From the human T2T-CHM13v2.0 reference genome, Homo sapiens: 64,000 bases of DNA. The DNA lies in assembly GCF_009914755.1 (NCBI RefSeq), contig NC_060934.1; one strand, given 5' to 3'. The notes under the pieces are model-generated. The model did not search any database, was not told the origin of the DNA, and saw only the letters and a program-made list of their open reading frames with translations. This document shows, piece by piece, positions 28,822-42,385 of the stretch (positions are counted from its first letter, which is position 1; each line of letters starts with the position of its first letter). The position numbers and the translations under genes were made by a program.

Positions 28822-29110
28822 CTGGCATCAGAGAGCGAGAATGGAGCCATGAACGTGGACCCAGATGAAAGCGTGCTCACTTCACACGGGTCTCCTGCTT
28901 ACTACATACACTAAAACCATGTAGCTTTAACGGGCAGATGAGGTTACCGAGCCCTCCTGCTGGCTAAGGTAGGACAGAGCTAGGAGTCTAGTTGTGGAGG
29001 CACGGGGGCAGGGCATGCGGCCTGAAGCTGCTGCATCTGCACTTCCTGGGCCCAGTGCATCCACAGCGTTGTGACCATGTGCAGAAAAGAGCTCACTGCT
29101 CACACCATTA

Positions 29111-31690
29111 GATCTGTTCTCCTGGAAACCCCACACACACACACCCAGACACATTGCGCACAGTTCTCCCGGAAACGTCACACACACCCAGGCACATCGC
29201 GCACAGTTCTCCCGGAAACCCCACAAACACCCATCCCAGACACACCGCGCATAGTTCTCCCGGAAACCCCCCACACCCCCAACCCAGACACACTGCGCAT
29301 AGTTCTCCCGGAAACCCCACACTCACCCAACCCAGACACATCGCGCATAGTTCTCCCGGGAACCCTACATACACCCAACCCAGACACATCACGTATAGTT
29401 CTCCCGGAAACGTCACACTCACCCAGACACACCGCGCATAGTTCTCCCGGAAACCCCACACTCACCCAACCCAGACACATCGCGCATAGTTCTCCCGGGA
29501 ACCCTACATACACCCAACCCAGACACATCACATATAGTTCTCCCGGAAACGTCACACTCACCCAGACACACCGCGCATAGTTCTCCCGGAAACCCCACAC
29601 TCACCCAACCCAGACACATCGCGCATAGTTCTCCCGGAAACCCCACACTCACCCAGACACACCGCGCATAGTTCTCCCGGGAACCCCACACTCACCCAAC
29701 CCAGACACACCGCGCATAGTTCTCCCGGAAACCCCACACTCACCCAACCCAGACACACCGCGCATAGTTCTCCCGGGAACCCCACACTCACCCAACCCAG
29801 ACCTATCGCGTATAGTTCTCCCGGAAATGTCACACACACCCAACCCAGACACATCGCGCATAGTTCTCCCGGAAACGTCACACACACCCAGACACATCGC
29901 GCATAGTTCTCCCGGAAACCCCACACTCACCCAACCCAGACACATCGTGCATAGTTCTCCCGGAAACGTCACACACACCCAACCCAGACACATCGCGCAT
30001 AGTTCTCCCGGAAACCCCACACGCACCCAGACACATCGCGCATAGTTCTCCCGGAAACCCCACACTCACCCAACCCAGACACATCGCGCATAGTTCTCCC
30101 GGAAACCCCACACTCACCCAACCCAGACACACCGCACATAGTTCTCCCGGGAACCCCACACTCACCCAACCCAGACACATCGCGTATAGTTCTCCCGGAA
30201 ACGTCACACACACCCAACCCAGACACACCGCGCATAGTTCTCCCGGAAACGTCACACACACCCAGACACACCGCGCATAGTTCTCCCGGAAACGTCACAC
30301 ACACCCAGACACATCGCGCATAGTTCTCCCGGAAACGTCACACGCACCCAGACACATCGCGCATAGTTCTCCCGGAAACGTCACACACACCCGGACACAT
30401 CGCGCATAGTTCTCCCGGAAACGTCACACGCACCCGGACACATCGCGCATAGTTCTCCCGGAAACGTCACACGCACCCGGACACATCGCGCATAGTTCTC
30501 CCGGAAACGTCACACGCACCCGGACACATCGCGCATAGTTCTCCCGGAAACGTCACACGCACCCGGACACATCGCGCATAGTTCTCCCGGAAACGTCACA
30601 CGCACCCGGACACATCGCGCATAGTTCTCCCGGAAACGTCACACGCACCCGGACACATCACGCATAGTTCTCCCGGAAACCCCACACGCACCCAACCCAG
30701 ACACATCGTGCATAGTTCTCCCGGAAACCCCACACGCACCCAACCCAGACACATCGTGCACAGTTCTCCCGGAAACCCCACACTCACCCAACCCAGACAC
30801 ATCGCGCATAGTTCTCCCGGAAACCCCACACACACCCAACCCAGACACATCGCGCATAGTTCTCCCGGGAACCCCACACTCACCCAACCCAGACATATCG
30901 CGTATAGTTCTCCCGGAAACGTCACACACACCCAACCCAGACACATCGCGCATAGTTCTCCCGGAAACGTCACACGCACCCGGACACATCGCGCATAGTT
31001 CTCCCGGAAACGTCACACGCACCCAGACACATCGCGCATAGTTCTCCCGGAAACCCCACACTCACCCAGACACATCGCGCATAGTTCTCCCGGAAACCCC
31101 ACACGCACCCAACCCAGACACATCGCGCATAGCTCTCCTGGAAACCCCACACGCACCCAGACACATCGCGCATAGTTCTCCCGGAAACCCTACATACACC
31201 CAACCCAGACACATTGCGCATAGTTCTCCCGGAAACCCCACACTCACCCAGACACATCGCGCATAGCTCTCCCGGAAACCCCACACGCACCCAACCCAGA
31301 CACATCACGCACAGTTCTCCCGGAAACCCTACATACACCCAACCCAGACACATCGCGCATAGTTCTCCCGGAAACCCCACACTCACCCAGACACATCGCG
31401 CATAGCTCTCCTGGAAACCCCACACGCACCCAGACGCGTCGCGCATAGCTCTCCCGGAAACCCCACACTCACCCAGACGCGTCGCGCATAGCTCTCCTGG
31501 AAACGTCACACACACCCAGACGCGTCGCGCATAGCTCTCCCGGAAACCCCACACTCACCCAGACGCGTCGCGCATAGCTCTCCTGGAAACGTCACACACA
31601 CCCAGATGCGTCGCGCATAGCTCTCCCGGAAACCCCAGACGCGTCGCGCATAGCTCTCCTGGAAACCCCACAGGCACCCAGACGCGTCGC
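29111..31690. repeat. CpG-rich 43/48-bp VNTR, about 55 copies
   Basis: Unit ccagacacatcgcgcatagttctcccggaaaccccacactcac(ccaac). Confidence 0.97.
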
Positions 31691-32261
31691 CACACTTTCT
31701 AGGAGTGGCCACTGTGCAGGTCTCCAGGACCACGCCAAAAGGGACTCAGGTGTGGGTAGGACAGGTGCATTCTCTGCCCACACTGTTCTCCCCTGTACTT
31801 CCTCCTTCAACGAGGAAAATATAGCTGAATCCTCTCAAACTCCTCCAGCTGTAGACGAAGGAAAACAGATCTATACTTTCAAAAAGGAGCAGGAAACTTC
31901 CACATCTTGAGGAGAGGGCTTTGGAAAAAGCCCTGCCTCTTCCCGTGGTCGGTCTGCTCAGCTGGGTTCGTGAGGAAGCCTGAGGAATGGTGGTGATGCC
32001 CTCTCTTGGGAGCCGTTTTCTCCAGGGAAGACCCTGCAGAGGCTACCATCCAGCCTCTGCCTCCACACACGTTTACATCTCGCTTCTAGACCTAGACTCT
32101 AGGCTCCCTGCAGGTAGAGACCCTGTCCTGACCGTTTGACTCCAGACACACCCCGGCTTCCACAGCCAGCAGCTGCCCCAAGAGATGTCAGAGTCTGCGC
32201 GTTGCAAGCTCCACACTCAGCTCCAGGCAGGTGGAGGCCCCGACATTCCCAGGCATGTTAC

Positions 32262-32383
32262 CTCCACAATCATCTTGACGGTAGGCAACGTCGTCGCGAT
32301 GTTCTGTGGGTGCGGGGGACGGACGGTTATTGGCACACAGCCTGCGTACAGGCAACCATAAAACGCTGCTATCAGGTCTATTC
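32262..32383 (-). CDS. DIP2C: DIP2C coding exon, 122 nt (GIDLIAAFYGCLYAG...VKMIVE); not captured in frame by the ORF track
   Basis: Acceptor ccttgtgtag|GA, donor GAG|gtaaca; phase 1 to 0; translated by hand. Confidence 0.94.
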
Positions 32384-32951
32384 CTACACAAGGAAAGAAA
32401 CATCATCATTGAAGCAGACCACGCTGCTGAGTGCACACTCTCCCTGTCAGCATCAATGCTTGTCTGGGGCAAGTTCAACAGGGAAACGAGCAGCTGAGCT
32501 TCTCACAGCCTCCGTCATCCTGGCGGGTTTTGTCAGCTTTGGCGGTCACTGTCATTTACCTGTCCTTTCAGACATGAGGTGACGAGGCAGCCTGGAGGTT
32601 TAATGTCTACATCATTTTGCTAAGGAATTACCCACCTTTGTAACTGTGAATTTAGTCAAGATTTAGGTACTATTAAGTGAATTACCTGAGGTATCTAATA
32701 ACACAAATTTGGATATAAAAGTCATTGAAAGCATCACTTTATTGACGCCTCTCACAGTAGCACATGCGGCTGGTGCCTGTGAGTGGTCGTAGCCAGACAC
32801 AAACGGGCTGGTTAGCATCCAGCTGGATACAGTGCAGACTCCCAGCCATGACGCGACCCTCGGCTCAGGCACCAGCGGGTGTAAGGGACCTCCTCGCACC
32901 GCGGCTGACCGGCTTGCCATCTCTCAGGGGAAGCCCACCCTGCGCCCGTAC

Positions 32952-33075
32952 CTGGGGGGTAGACCAAGGCCACGTGGTCGCCGTCCTGAAGGTGGCCCCT
33001 CTCCATCAGCATCACGGCGATCTTCTCAGCTCTCTTGTGCAGCTGCACGCAGGTCAGCGAGTTCGCTATCGCACC
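32952..33075 (-). CDS. DIP2C: DIP2C coding exon, 124 nt (GAIANSLT...ALVYPP)
   Basis: Acceptor cccgcag|GGT, donor CAG|gtacgg; phase 0 to 1. Confidence 0.95.
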
Positions 33076-33719
33076 CTGCGGGCCGATCACAGGGACAAGC
33101 ACATAAGATTCCTTCAGCAGAGCAGCTTGCAGAGAGCGCGCACACGTCATACAACTCACTGGCGCAAAGCATACATCACTGGTTTTTAGAACAAGCACAG
33201 ACCTGTGCAACCAACATGACAGTCAATTTTAGAACGTTTTTAGCCTCCCCCAAAACTACATATAAGTTAGAGGTCAACTCCATTTTCTTCCAACTAGGTA
33301 AGCAGTGCAGACCAAAGAAACATCTAGATATATTTAGAGTAACAAGCAATATTTTAAAAAATGATTACGTGAATTAAAAAACGGTAGAACAAAAAACCCT
33401 GGCAATTCTGGGACTTGTGTCATTGTCGTGGGCAGTGGGAATTCCTAGTACACCTGCACATCGGAAGACTAATTAAAAAATTTTATTTAGAAAGACCACA
33501 TCAAAAATCAAGGAAGTCAGAAAGCAAAAAACAAAAGCAAAATAAACAAACACACCCTACAGGAATGAAAAGAACTATCAAACGCATTTTCACATAGACT
33601 TTAATGTACAAACAAATAGAAAACATATTTGTGCAGGAAAATACCTTACACGAGGGTTGTGAGGGAAGGTGAGTTGCAAGATATATACCAAGAAACATCG
33701 CAAGAGTGTGGGATTCGCT

Positions 33720-33965
<246 letters not shown>

Positions 33966-34252
33966 TTTAAGCCATAAAGACAAATGTGAATAAATTACAA
34001 ATTATAAGCACGTAACTAACCGAAACAAGCTTTTCCTGAGGACACACTTTACAGTCCTAGTTCCTTTGCAGCACTCTCAGATGTGAAGACGGCTTCTACA
34101 GTCATTTAACAACCTCTTCTTTGTGATCAGATTCTGTCTCACAGCTATTAACAGGGTGAGGATCTTCCCTCAAGCAGTGGGCAACTGGACTGCAGTCCAT
34201 GGGGTCAGGAAGACTGCAGAGCCGAAGAGTGACTGAACACCCGGGCTCAGGA

Positions 34253-34566
34253 ATTTTTTTTTTTTTTTTTTTTTTTGAGATGGGGTCTCGCTCTGTCGCC
34301 AGGCTGGAGTGCAGTGGCGCGATCTCAGCTCACGGCAACCTCCGCCTTCCGGATTCAAGCAATTCTCCCGTTCTCCTGCCTCAGCCTCCTGGGCAGCTGG
34401 GACTACAGATGCACACCAACACGCCCAACTAATTTTTGTATTTTTAGTAGAAATGGGGGTTTCACTATGTTGGCCAGGATGGTCTTGAACTCCTGACCTC
34501 ATGATCCGCCCGCCTTGGCCTCCCAGAGTGCTGGGATTACAGGTGTGAGCCATCATGCCCAGCCCA
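34253..34566 (-). mobile_element. AluS-like
   Basis: Reverse Alu, poly-T, aggaatt flanking repeat. Confidence 0.92.
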
Positions 34567-37014
34567 GGAATTCTTATGTGAGTCACAGCTACAAAGATGA
34601 ATGCATGAGTGTAGGGATGGAGCGCGCGGCGGGCCTGGCAAGGCTGTCGGGACCGGACGCTGTGATTCAGAGATTGGGGACAGAGTGCACAGCGAGCCCG
34701 AGATGGCTGTCGGGGACCAGACACTGCGATTCAGAGTGAAGGCGCAGGGAGAGAGGCCCAGAGGGGCTTGCGGGTAGCCGAGTTAGTGCAACCAAAAGGA
34801 CGCCGCACGGACGAACAGTATCTGGGGCTATTCATCGGCAATGCTGGGAAAAGCACGTCAGCCTCCCAGCTCGAAGGGCCCGTGTCAGAAACACATGGCG
34901 GGGCACGGTGAGTGGAAGATAATGTCTCAGGAAGCATCAAGATGTGAACACCTGACCCTGACCTCTACCAAAACGTCCACAAGACAGCCGATGAGCGCAG
35001 CGAGGTCTGTGGGGAAAGTATACTCTCCCTGAGGACCTCTGCGCCAGGGCCAGGACCAGGGCTGCGGGGAGGCGGCCCACGTCACTGCCCGGTGGGTCTT
35101 CAGACCCTTCCTGCCGCCTGTGGCTGGTCTCCTCCATGGAGAGGATTAGCTTACATTTCTCTGAATTCAACCTTCTCATCCCACACATTTTCCTTGATTA
35201 TTTCCCCACTTAGAGGACACCTAAAAAATTAGAAAACAGAAACTGATTTAAAGTAGAAGAGCCCAAGAGCAGGTGGCAGCAGAGATGGGCAGAGACAACA
35301 AGGAACGCAGGGCTGGAGTCCGGGAAATCCTGCTGAGAAGACAGATTTGGGGGCCTTTGAAACTGGACTGTTCCTCTGAGCATTTACTCTTAGAGGGGCT
35401 CCTTGCCACCTGTTCACAGCAACCAGCCCACCGGCTCCTTGCCGCCAACGTCCTCTGAGCTCTTCAAGTGAACATGGGACAGAGACACCCAGCACGGCCA
35501 GGCTGGGTGCTGATGGGACCCATTCAAGTCCACCCCGACTCCAGGGGCAGGTCTCCCAACAAGGAAAACCAGCACACCACCCATCGCTGTGAGCATGGAC
35601 GCGTCTCAGAGAAGAGCCCTGGCAGAATCAGCTCAGCCCCCGCCCCGCTGAGGGAGGCCCCGACCCCCACAGTCCATTCTCATGCCAGGCCTGCCTGCAG
35701 CAGCAGTGCCCAGTCTGGTTTGTTCGGCTTGTGGAACTGTTTCTTCCCCATCTCTGGAGAGCTGAAGCTGATTTCCTATCAAACACCCGCTTTGCTGTCA
35801 GATGACAAAGCCTGTGGTTTGCCCACATTCTGGGTCCTGAGATTTGAGAGGCTCAGATGAGACACAGCCAGCAGCCAAGAGTGTCTTTGAAAATGTTTTG
35901 ATTCTGGTGCACAGAAATCCCCACCTGTAGGTACTTGCAAAGCATGAGTGTAACATGCATGCTGTCCTTTATCTTTGATAACCCTGTGAAACACAATTTT
36001 CTCAATGCTGGTTGATGTCTTTCAGGGCTGACATAAAAACAAACAGCAAAGCTTCCAGGCACGCTCCACGAGGACGGTGCCCTTCTCAGGTGTTAGGTCC
36101 CAAAGCCAGCTCACAGGGTGATTTAAATTAAGTTCTTAAAAAGCCCCTTGAGATAGTGCTGTGCTGGAGACAGGCACACGATTTCACAGCCGGTCGGACA
36201 TGAGCAGACACCCCTCGCTCCATGGCCAGGCAGGGCCATGGGTCACACCAGGTGGGCGCCTTTCTTGCCTGGAAAGGACGAGGTGAGTGAACACTGGACC
36301 CCACCGTTGGCTGGGAGGGACAGTCGCTCCTGGCTCACGTTGCAGGCTGGCAGTCCCAGGCACCTGCAGCGACTGAGCAGTGTCCCTTCTTCCTTGCCAC
36401 CTTTCCCCACCCCGTGTGGTTGAACGGGACACAGCTACACCACACGGCAACTCCACACACGTGACACTGTTCCTCAGCCTTGCTCCCCAGGAATCCTAAT
36501 GCAGCCTCTACCCCAGGAGAAATGCCAGTAACTTTTGCTTGCACTTTCCATTTTCCCATGAACTCCGTGTTAAGAATGTGATGCATTCTCGGCGAGTGTC
36601 CCATAAAGCAACAACCATTCACCGCAGGTGACAGTCGTCATTCTCTGGCATCCTCATCAACATTCACTGGGGTTTCCGTCCTGAAACCCACCAGCTAAGA
36701 AGAAGGTTCTAGGTAAAACCATTTCATCAGAGAAATGAGGGCTGGCTTTTCCCCCACAGAAGTGCTGGGAGGCAGCATGACCGGAGGGGCACACAGGGAA
36801 ACAAAGAGTCTGCCCTTGTCTAAGGACACACATTCACTGTCAGTTTCTGTAAACTTGGGACCATTTTAACGTTTCACATTAAATCAAACAACTTGGGGGA
36901 AAAAAAACCCAAGAAGAAAAAGCCAAACTAAATTTATATTTTAAAATTCTAAAGAAGGTATAAGTTAAAAAAGGTCAAAAGAGTTGGCTACAAACCCATT
37001 GGTTCAACCATTTA

Positions 37015-37296
<282 letters not shown>

Positions 37297-39410
37297 CCAC
37301 CACTTTAAATGAGCTTGTGACTACACGGCCAGCAAGACCGGGCCAAATTCATCATCAGCAGAAACGTGCATCCTTGATGGAAGCAGCGGCTGGGGGGCTG
37401 GTGTACGTGCTGAACGGACACTTATGGTGTGTGGAGTGATTCATCACTGGAACGAATTTCATGTTTCTTCTTCCTTTTTAAAATCTTGCTTTTAGAAAAT
37501 GCATGATTCTGTATGTGGCGTGTACTGAGTTTCCGCTGGACGGTGCTGAACAGGGAAGCTGATTTAGGTGGGGAAAGACACTATGAATGCCGTGAGGACG
37601 ATGCTGCTACCTTGGTCCAGGCCCAGCATCTCTTCAGTGTGCATACGAGGCAGCAGAGGAGCGAAGGACCCATGCCTGATCTGATGCTTGGCGCAAAATA
37701 ACACAAGCAATAGCTCAAGCGTGCCTGCCTCTGTGTCCAGCGAGCCTTGGAAACAGCTCACACCTCCAAGGAAAAGACATCCTCAGGCCATGCCTTCCAC
37801 ACAGTCCTAAGGTAAATCACTCATGGCTCTGATCCCTACATCTGGCCCCCATCGGATTTGCAGTTGATCCTAATAAAGCCCTTTTTAGAGAACCGGAATC
37901 ATTTCCGGGAAATACATTTTCCCTGAAGATCCAGCATCCAGCTATGCAGGTGACCACAGGTGTTCAGGGACACTGGGCTGTCCACAGGGCCAGATAGACC
38001 AGATGCCAAGCCCAGGACCATGGCACCACCCAGCAATCTGAGGGATCTTCCCCAAATCAGGCACAGCTGGAACAGCTCTATTTTCCTCCTCCTGATGGTA
38101 CATGTTGCCCATGAACGTACCCAAATCATGTCTGAATCTTTGCGTATATGGGGGTCTGCTACTTCTTGAGCTGCCCATCAATACCTCTAGATTACTGGAC
38201 ACATGCTTGTGCAACCCCCACACATGGGAGCAGCGTGTCAGGCAACATCAAGGCAGAGATTCAGGGAGACTGAGAGCTGACTCTGCCCCTGACTGCTTGC
38301 AGCTTGCGGAGGGGTAGCCACCTCTGTGAGGAAATTAGGGGAGGGAGGAAGCACTTTCAGCAGAAGGGATCTGGGGTGCCGAAGGAGGCTGGAGTTAGTG
38401 CTGCAGATTTAGGTCACCACGTTGGAGATGATACTGGAAATCTCTAGAGAACTGCCAAGACCACAGGGAAAGAGGAACGAGAAGTCACAGGCAGTTTACA
38501 GGAGAAACACTACTGGGAGAGGACAAAGTCAGACAAGCAGAGATGGGCAGGAAATCAAGACAGCACCCAAGGCCGGCGAACCTGGCGATCGGGTTAGCAA
38601 AGGGGGTATCATCCATATTCACAGGCTGAGGAAGGGTCCAGTGGAGAAAGATGAAAAGTGGAAGGTGGGCATTTCAGATACAGGGACCCACAGCAACTCC
38701 AGTCCTCAAGATCTCCGGCCCCCACACCTGAGCTCTCAGCGTGGGGCAGGGGCTCCGTCACAGCACCAGCGAACGAGGGCCAGAAGGTGGTGGCAGAAAC
38801 GGGCCTTCCTGGTTTTAAAGCCTCTTCCTGGGAAACAGTCTTGAGCAGATACAGTGAACGACCAATGGCTGGGATCAACTCAGCATCCGTGACAACGTCA
38901 AGACGACACGCGCTTCTCTGGCAGAGGAGGAGGAGAGGTTGTTCCTATGAACTAAGCCACGTGCAGAGAATGGTCTGATAACTGAAACTCAAACCAGAGA
39001 GTCGGGGAATAATTTCGTGATGCTGCTGGCATTTCCTTTTGTCTTCAATCTGCTGCTTCGCACACTAAGATTTTGATACTCAGCAATTCTAAACAGCCAT
39101 GACTTTTTGAAGAGTTGCAAGTACCTATACTTGTCAAGAAGACTTACATTTTTCTTCCATTTTTCAAGCTTTATTTCCATGGTAAAAAGTAGTAACAAGC
39201 ATATTAAGATTTTTGCATTTAATTTTTCTTGTTAATAGTATTAGCTTGTTTATTTAATGCCTTACTCTTAAGTACTACGGTGGAACAATATTTGATGAGT
39301 GTAGTTTTCTCATGTAAAGTGTAAACAGGAAATTTAATTACAAAGTGGAAATGATTTTCATTCCTGAGTCTGCAATAAACATAACTTCTGGTGTATAAAA
39401 AAGTGGTTTA

Positions 39411-39716
39411 GGGCTCGGTGTGGTGACTCACGCCTGTAATCCCAGCACTTTGGGAGGCCAAGGCAGGTGGATCACTCAAGGCCAGGAATTCAAGACCATC
39501 CTCGCCAACATGGTGAAACCCCATCTCTAAATACTAAAAATACAAAAATTAGCCAGATGTGGTGGTGGGCACTTGTAGTCCCAGCTACCCGGAGGCTGAT
39601 GCACGAGAATTGCTTCAACCAGGGAGGTGGAGGTTGCAGTGAGCGGAGATCGTGCCACTGAACTCTAGCCTGGGCAACAGAGCGAGACTGCCTCAAAACA
39701 CAAAACAAAACAAAAA
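39411..39716 (+). mobile_element. AluS-like
   Basis: Alu consensus with (CAAAA)n tail. Confidence 0.92.
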
Positions 39717-40042
39717 CTAGTTTAGTAATCAAAATAAAAATGCAAATATCTCATAGACTTACGATTTCTCTCTTGCAGATATCATTACTCATTTTGGGGG
39801 AGAAATATTGTAAATAGGTTGCTAAAATATCTGTACACACAAATAGGTGTAAATAACTGCACAAATGGTTACGTTTAAAAACAATCCCTAGGTACAAAAG
39901 TCTCAGTCAAAATAGCAAAACATAAAAAGAATTCCCATAAGACTGAAGCAAAAGGATTCAAAGAAAGAAGCAGGAGCGCTCCCAGGAACCAGGCTAGGCC
40001 CCTTGAGGCCAGTAGCCAGGGAAGGCCAGCTCCGCGCCTCAC

Positions 40043-40123
40043 CCGACAGTTGAGCAGCGTGTAGAGGATGTGGTCCGGGGTGGTCTGTGCTCTCCACTGC
40101 AAGACCTCTGAGAGGAACAGGAA
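40043..40123 (-). CDS. DIP2C: DIP2C coding exon, 81 nt (FLFLSEVLQWRAQ...LLNCR)
   Basis: Acceptor gttccag|TTC, donor CGG|gtgagg; phase 0 to 0. Confidence 0.94.
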
Positions 40124-41264
40124 CTGGAACAGAGCACGGGCATGAGGATCAGGCTGTGCGGTTGGATCAGGCTGTGCGGGCTGAGGTGGGGCAACCTGGA
40201 TACTCAAACCCATAGAGGCTGAGTGCTTTGGGTCTTAAAACCGCATGCTTCTCTGCAGGGAGTTGAAGACATGCATGCTGGGAAAATCCCCGTCACACAC
40301 GACCACAGGACAAGCAAGTGCCCACAGCTTTGTTCCTGCAGGGACTTAGGTTCACAGCACCCGAGTCAGGGTCACAAAGCAAAGGGCTGGTGCTGCACCC
40401 TGGTGTGAGAAGTTTTCTGAAAGTCTGCCCAAGGATGGGAACCATTTCCCTCATAGGCAGGAGCAGCCTGCACAGAAATCCCTTCTCCTGGGGCTTCCAG
40501 AAGATGCAAAGCGGATTTTGGTGGCTACAGTGAGAGAATCAGATCTATCTGGTTTTAAAAAGCGGGATCTAATAAATTTAGGTTTCTAGAATGGCAATAC
40601 CCTGATGGCATGAAGCCACAAATTAAACAAACCACATGTGTGCTACTGAGCTGGTCCACAGTAAAAGGGGCAGCCTTATTTCACATCAGGGTACAGAAAA
40701 ACCCACAGATAAGGTTTCATCCGTTTCATCAACATTTCACGGTGCTGATTTTGCCCCATTTCCTAATGGGCCACACACAAGGGCACACTTTTGGCTGTGG
40801 GAAACAGGAAGGCCGAACGGTTCTAATGGGGACCGTGGACGCACACGGCACAATGTGCAAAGTCTGGGCCTCGGGAGTTTCTCCCACGGCTTCTAACGCC
40901 ACTGTTAGGAGGCCTGGCCCCCTAACCTGGGTTTTGAACTGCTTCTTAGAGTCCACAGAGCACAGGACAGAAGCCTTGCTGCAAGCTGCTGTGGGCAGGG
41001 TGGGCTTTGAATCCGGGCTGGTGGGGAAACTAGAAAGGAGTAGTTCAGGGGACCGTGCGCGGGACAAGGACTGCCAGACATTTGCCTCGGTCCTGCGAGT
41101 CGTGGGACTGGACACCCCTCACCGATTTCTGCATCGCTGTGACATTTTCTGAAACTTTGTATCTCCTATAAACACATTTTTCTTATGAAATTATATGGTC
41201 TCTTGCAGGAGAGGACAGGTAGAATAAAGGAAGATCTGCAGTGGTGGTCCACCACCAGCGCGCG

Positions 41265-41425
41265 ACATCGGAGACTGTCGGGAAAGTCGGGGACTGTCGG
41301 GGACGGTTGCGGACAGTCAGACACTGTCGCGGACTGTCAGGGAAGGTAGGGGACAGTCGGGTACTGTCGGGGATGGTCGCAGATGGTCGGGGACAGTCGG
41401 AAAAGTCGGGGACGGTCGGGGAGAC
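41265..41425. repeat. Degenerate ~10-bp repeat (gtcggggac-like)
   Basis: About 15 imperfect copies just inside the intron after the 41445 donor. Confidence 0.75.
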
Positions 41426-41444
41426 TCAGGGACCCAGCTCCTAC

Positions 41445-41554
41445 CTTGCGTGCCTGGTCGTTATCTTCGATCTGACCCAGGTCTCTGCCACTGGCCTGGG
41501 CGATTCTCTTCCCAGAGACCAGGTTCCCCACCATCACAGAGGCAGGGCCGATTT
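41445..41554 (-). CDS. DIP2C: DIP2C coding exon, 110 nt (EIGPASVM...DNDQARK)
   Basis: Acceptor ctttctag|AA, donor AAG|gtagga; phase 1 to 0. Confidence 0.95.
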
Positions 41555-42212
41555 CTAGAAAGAAACAGAGACATGGCCATGAGGAAACAAAAGAGAAATT
41601 CCTTCAGACTAGACCTCCCACTTTGGTAAAGACCTTACTCTCGGAAAACTTCTGGAAAGACCTGGCTTTGAATAAACCTTCTAAGAACAGAGATTCAACG
41701 AAATCAAATGATTGTGAAGGGGGAGTGTAACAAGCCTTGGTCAGGTTCTTCAGAAACGATGTTTTTATCATCCCTGAAGCTCCCTGGAGGCCCTCCAAGC
41801 CCACGCCTGACTTTCCAGTTAATGTGAGAGCCCCGTGTGCCGGCACTCACAGCCATGATTGTAAAAAATAAAACGGAAGACACACACAGAATTAAAAGCC
41901 ACGATTTGTCTCACTGCAGAGACCTGTGGCTCCCGTCTGTTCGAGTTCTCTGGGGTCCACACACCTGAGAGCTGGCTGTGGACAAACAGACAGTGGACAT
42001 TTCACATACAGATGTCGTGGGGTGGAGTCAGAGAGTGATACTGTGGACGGGACAGGATAGAGTCGCTTCTCGGTATGTTATACTGACTGAAAAGGTCTTA
42101 GGTTCTGTCAGGCCCACAGTGAGGTGTGGAAGAATAAACCAAGGGCTGTCATAAAGTCATCGCTTATCCATGAGCGATGAGATGACTACCAACTGGGGAA
42201 AGTGGGGAAGAA

Positions 42213-42385
42213 GGGGGGGTGGGAGGTGGGGGACGGGGGTGGGAGGTGGGGGACGGGGGATGGGAGGTGGGGGACGGGGGTGGGAGGTGGGGGACGGGGG
42301 ATGGGAGGTGGGGGACGGGGGATGGGAGGTGGGGGACGGGGGTGGGAGGTGGGGGACGGGGGTGGGAGGTGGGGGACGGGGGATT
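42213..42385 (+). repeat. G-rich 20/21-bp tandem repeat, about 8 copies
   Basis: gggaggtgggggacggggg(a)t repeated. Confidence 0.93.

Noticed and set aside
29111-31690. STAT (TTCnnnGAA) site array
   Set aside because: Units read CTCCCGGAA, a mismatch at the first T. Only a CCGGAA ETS-like core remains, and it is probably methylated.
28927-31810. Numerous overlapping ORFs on both strands
   Set aside because: All derive from the 43/48-bp VNTR
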